Origin: Macrostomum lignano
Lineage: Eukaryota
DNA length: 64,000 nt
Direction: 5' to 3'
Assembly: GCA_002269645.1 (NCBI GenBank)
Contig: NIVC01000464.1
Span: 186,001-250,000, forward strand
Shown: piece after piece, positions 59,301 to 64,000 of the stretch
How the letters are laid out: each line of letters begins with the position of its first letter
How positions within the stretch are numbered: position 1 is the stretch's first letter
Program-made: the position numbers and the translations under genes
Notes under the pieces: generated by a model
Databases searched by the model: none
Seen by the model: only the letters and a program-made list of their open reading frames with translations
Told to the model about the DNA's origin: nothing

Positions 59301-61792
59301 AATGATGCACCTGATATCTACCTGATGCAGCCCTGCTCATATTATACTGTTCTGTAATCTGCGTAACCCATCAAGCTGTGTCAACCCTTGAAATGATGCA
59401 CCTGATATCTACCTGATGCAGCCCTGCTCATATTATACTGTTCTGTAATCTGCGTAACCCATCAAGCTGTGTCAACCCTTGAAATGATGCACCTGATATC
59501 TACCTGATGCAGCCCTGCTCATATTATACTGTTCTGTAATCTGCGTAACCCATCAAGCTGTGTCAACCCTTGAAATGATGCACCTGATATCTACCTGATG
59601 CAGCCCTGCTCATATTATACTGTTCTGTAATCTGCGTAACCCATCAAGCTGTGTCAACCCTTGAAATGATGCACCTGATATCTACCTGATGCAGCCCTGC
59701 TCATATTATACTGTTCTGTAATCTGCGTAACCCATCAAGCTGTGTCAACCCTTGAAATGATGCACCTGATATCTACCTGATGCAGCCCTGCTCATATTAT
59801 ACTGTTCTGTAATCTGCGTAACCCATCAAGCTGTGTCAACCCTTGAAATGATGCACCTGATATCTACCTGATGCAGCCCTGCTCATATTATACTGTTCTG
59901 TAATCTGCGTAACCCATCAAGCTGTGTCAACCCTTGAAATGATGCACCTGATATCTACCTGATGCAGCCCTGCTCATATTATACTGTTCTGTAATCTGCG
60001 TAACCCATCAAGCTGTGCAACCCTTGAAATGGCACCTGATATCTACCTGATGCAGCCCTGCTCATATTATACTGTTCTGTAATCTGCGTAACCCATCAAG
60101 CTGTGTCAACCCTTGAAATGATGCACCTGATATCTACCTGATGCAGCCCTGCTCATATTATACTGTTCTGTAATCTGCGTAACCCATCAAGCTGTGTCAA
60201 CCCTTGAAATGATGCACCTGATATCTACCTGATGCAGCCCTGCTCATATTATACTGTTCTGTAATCTGCGTAACCCATCAAGCTGTGTCAACCCTTGAAA
60301 TGATGCACCTGATATCTACCTGATGCAGCCCTGCTCATATTATACTGTTCTGTAATCTGCGTAACCCATCAAGCTGTGTCAACCCTTGAAATGATGCACC
60401 TGATATCTACCTGATGCAGCCCTGCTCATATTATACTGTTCTGTAATCTGCGTAACCCATCAAGCTGTGTCAACCCTTGAAATGATGCACCTGATATCTA
60501 CCTGATGCAGCCCTGCTCATATTATACTGTTCTGTAATCTGCGTAACCCATCAAGCTGTGTCAACCCTTGAAATGATGCACCTGATATCTACCTGATGCA
60601 GCCCTGCTCATATTATACTGTTCTGTAATCTGCGTAACCCATCAAGCTGTGTCAACCCTTGAAATGATGCACCTGATATCTACCTGATGCAGCCCTGCTC
60701 ATATTATACTGTTCTGTAATCTGCGTAACCCATCAAGCTGTGTCAACCCTTGAAATGATGCACCTGATATCTACCTGATGCAGCCCTGCTCATATTATAC
60801 TGTTCTGTAATCTGTGTAACCCATCAAGCTGTGTCAACCCTTGAAATGATGCACCTGATATCTACCTGATGCAGCCCTGCTCATATTATACTGTTCTGTA
60901 ATCTGCGTAACCCATCAAGCTGTGTCAACCCTTGAAATGATGCACCTGATATCTACCTGATGCAGCCCTGCTCATATTATACTGTTCTGTAATCTGCGTA
61001 ACCCATCAAGCTGTGTCAACCCTTGAAATGATGCACCTGATATCTACCTGATGCAGCCCTGCTCATATTATACTGTTCTGTAATCTGCGTAACCCATCAA
61101 GCTGTGTCAACCCTTGAAATGGTGCACCTGATATCTACCTGATGCAGCCCTGCTCATATTATACTGTTCTGTAATCTGCGTAACCCATCAAGCTGTGTCA
61201 ACCCTTGAAATGATGCACCTGATATCTACCTGATGCAGCCCTGCTCATATTATACTGTTCTGTAATCTGCGTAACCCATCAAGCTGTGTCAACCCTTGAA
61301 ATGATGCACCTGATATCTACCTGATGCAGCCCTGCTCATATTATACTGTTCTGTAATCTGCGTAACCCATCAAGCTGTGTCAACCCTTGAAATGATGCAC
61401 CTGATATCTACCTGATGCAGCCCTGCTCATATTATACTGTTCTGTAATCTGCGTAACCCATCAAGCTGTGTCAACCCTTGAAATGATGCACCTGATATCT
61501 ACCTGATGCAGCCCTGCTCATATTATACTGTTCTGTAATCTGCGTAACCCATCAAGCTGTGTCAACCCTTGAAATGATGCACCTGATATCTACCTGATGC
61601 AGCCCTGCTCATATTATACTGTTCTGTAATCTGCGTAACCCATCAAGCTGTGTCAACCCTTGAAATGATGCACCTGATATCTACCTGATGCAGCCCTGCT
61701 CATATTATACTGTTCTGTAATCTGCGTAACCCATCAAGCTGTGTCAACCCTTGAAATGATGCACCTGATATCTACCTGATGCAGCCCTGCTC
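56381..61792. repeat. 91-bp tandem satellite, ~59 near-identical copies (CCCTTGAAATGATGCACCTGATATCTACCTGATGCAGCCCTGCTCATATTATACTGTTCTGTAATCTGCGTAACCCATCAAGCTGTGTCAA)
   Basis: Period of 182 bp per two units read from line offsets; only scattered point variants. Confidence 0.97.
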
Positions 61793-62069
61793 GCGACTGT
61801 TAACCGCTTGACCAGCCCTCTAACTCTAAGCCAAACAAGCCAATTTCCGAATGAAACAAAAACACGAAACTGTGTATAAGATTTATAAAAAAATAATTCA
61901 AGTATCCCGGGCACTGCCGGCAAAAGTCCTTAATTTATTTAAAGCATAATATAATGAGAACCGTGAAAGCTACATAATAATAAATGCACAGAAATAATAC
62001 ACGCTTTTCGAAAGAAGTAAAACATTCGGCACAATTTGGTTTAGGAATTGGCAATGAAAAGTGCAATCG

Positions 62070-64000
62070 CTACTGGCTACCCGAGTGAGTTGCAGCCCAT
62101 CGCTGCTTGACTTGCACAAGCCGGCTGTTCAACTTGCCAAGCCGCTGTCGATGCGCCGAGATCGCGTCAGAATTGGCAGAGCCATCCTCTGACATCATCG
62201 CTTTGGCCAGTTTTAATGCACTCTCAGTGGCATCCAGAACATCATCAGGCGTTGCCTTAGAAACGGCCGTGTCAGCGGCTGTGCCAACATCTAGCCTAGC
62301 CCGGAGCCGGCTCAGCCTATCCAGGTAAGCGGACAAGCGACCATCCCGATTCTTTGATGATCCGCTGTCGACGATTCTCAACTGAAGCGTCGGAGCGTCT
62401 TCGTCCTCAGCCAGTCGCCGACGCGACGACTCCAGCAAGCTGCGCAGACGCCGAAGTCTGGCCAGCTCGGCCTCCTGGCCAGTGAGCAGCCGCTCGTGTA
62501 GCGCCCGCCTACGCTGCAGCAGATCCAACAGTCTGGCCTGACGCTCTGCCAGGAGACGCAGACTAGCTAGACGCCTATCCAGCCTGCGCTGCTCCTGCTG
62601 TCCAGCAAGCGTTGAAGCAGCCGCGGCAGCGGCAGACTCAATAGTAGTAGAGTCTGGCAAAGCTGAACTAGACGATAAATCGAATTCCTGAGCCGATTTG
62701 GCTTCAGCTAGCCAAGTCTTGGCCATAGACAGCGTCCGCTCCGGGTCGTCCAGGTGAACGCGAAGTCGCCTACACTGCTCGGCCAGAACCGCCGATCGTC
62801 CTGCTAGGCGCCCGCGTTCAACCAGGACTTGGCGGTGGAGATTGCGCACCCGTTGAAGCTCCGAGTATGAGGAGGTCGAGCAGCTCTCCAAAGCATCGCA
62901 GTTCTGCTCGTCGCTGTCCGATTCAAAGTTGTCGCAGGCGTTGCTGGAATCAGATGAGAACAGTCGATCGGCAAGGCCGACAAGCGCCCGGTCTAAGGCG
63001 GCCTCAGCTTCGGTTAATGGGGCAGCTGGGCGAGCGCACAGCAGCGTAGGCGCCGGGCTGCCTTGTAGCAGCAGCCGCGAATGCAAGTTGCGCACCTGCA
63101 ATGTGTTTCGGTTATCAGCTGCCGAAGTTACAAAACAACTACTATTCCACTAAATACAATTTAGGAACGTCGTACTTCTTAACAGCAGTTTCAAAACTTA
63201 AAACGGTTAGACCTACTCTCAATTTGTTTGATTAATCTTTATAGCCTAGTGGGGGTTTTAGCCTAGTAGATAGAGCGTGGAACGCACGACTGAAAGGTCG
63301 AGGGTTCGATTCTCGACCTTACTCGGAACAATTTGTGTCCTTGAACACGCTTAAGTCTGTATACGTTAACTCTGCATAGCTTCAGTTCACCCAGCTGTAA
63401 AATGCATTAGCTGGGGTAATTAATTGAGGCTGTGTGTGGCGACCCCTCAGTCCTTGGACTGAACAGCCGTACGCAGCCTTCAGATGCGCCGCGCAAAAGC
63501 TGCGGCTGAGCTGTCGGTTGCACACCGGGCCTAATTGAGGCAGGTGTAATCAATTATTATTGACTATGACTATTTATTGGCTTACTTTGTTATTATCATC
63601 ATCTTAATTCAAAAGCATTCCGGATGCCAAATCAAAAGCCTGCTGACGAATTTGATGGAAAATCAGATTTAACAATTGCCTCAATTTTTTTAAACTGCCT
63701 TATAGGTAGAATAATAAGAAAAATTACTAAATTGAAAATAGAATTCACCTGTTTGGAAAAGCTATTTAGCGCCTCATGATAGTCGCGCTCCACAATTAGC
63801 TCTTCCTCTTGCCGTTCATTGCACTGATCTTCGCCATCAGCCAGAGTAGCAGTGGTTGCCAGGGCGGAAGCTGGCAACTCCTCAGCGCTCTTCAACGCCT
63901 TTAACTGACGCTCAAGTCGCACAGAATGCGCCAGTTCCAGCAGGCCAAACAGGGAACGCCTGGCGATGTTGGCGGCAACTGTAGCTGAGCCAAGACCGTC
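62070..64000 (-). CDS. HAUS3: HAUS3 (augmin subunit 3)-like coiled-coil protein, 3' part: exons >64000-63749 and 63095-62070
   Basis: ERDYHEALNSFSKQ and RQARLLDLLQRRRALHERLLTGQEAELARLRRL resemble, by recall, HAUS3 EEQSTAALTLYTKKQ and RQELVLNQLIKQKASFELLQLSYEIELRKHR. CAG|GTGAAT donor and TTGCAG acceptor in phase 0. Confidence 0.6.
63252..63562 (+). mobile_element. SINE family 1 copy in the HAUS3-like intron
   Basis: Matches the 13592 copy; ATT-repeat tail. Confidence 0.8.

Noticed and set aside
56381-61792. CRISPR-like, hammerhead or snoRNA array
   Set aside because: Units are contiguous with no unique spacers and there are no cas genes. No CUGAUGA/GAAA hammerhead core and no proper C/D box pair.

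Overview
Eukaryotic (metazoan) genomic DNA with GT-AG introns, SINEs, MITEs and many satellites. The style fits a free-living flatworm such as Macrostomum, but that is inference only. Intron-containing genes recovered by hand: Rab43-like GTPase (-), calaxin/EFCAB1 (+), an HCN/Ih channel (+), a ~1,100-aa fibrillin-like protein (-, 15 exons), an unknown 245-aa protein (-), a METTL21-family methyltransferase (-) and a partial HAUS3-like gene (-). There is also a single-exon transmembrane ORF. Mobile and repeat content: an intact 3' part of an RNase H-bearing LINE, a decayed LINE, two tRNA-headed SINE families (one CORE-like), hAT and mariner-type MITEs, and a ~5.4-kb homogeneous 91-bp array. Top signal: the HCN gene has three tandem homologous 150-nt phase-0 exons for the S4-S5 linker/S5 segment, a probable mutually exclusive exon cassette. 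Two of the three variants change conserved gating residues, and the pore reads SIGYG rather than CIGYG. Second: a mini-fibrillin that keeps both fibrillin termini but lacks the TB/cbEGF core. All exon coordinates and homology calls were made by eye and recall, with no database searches.
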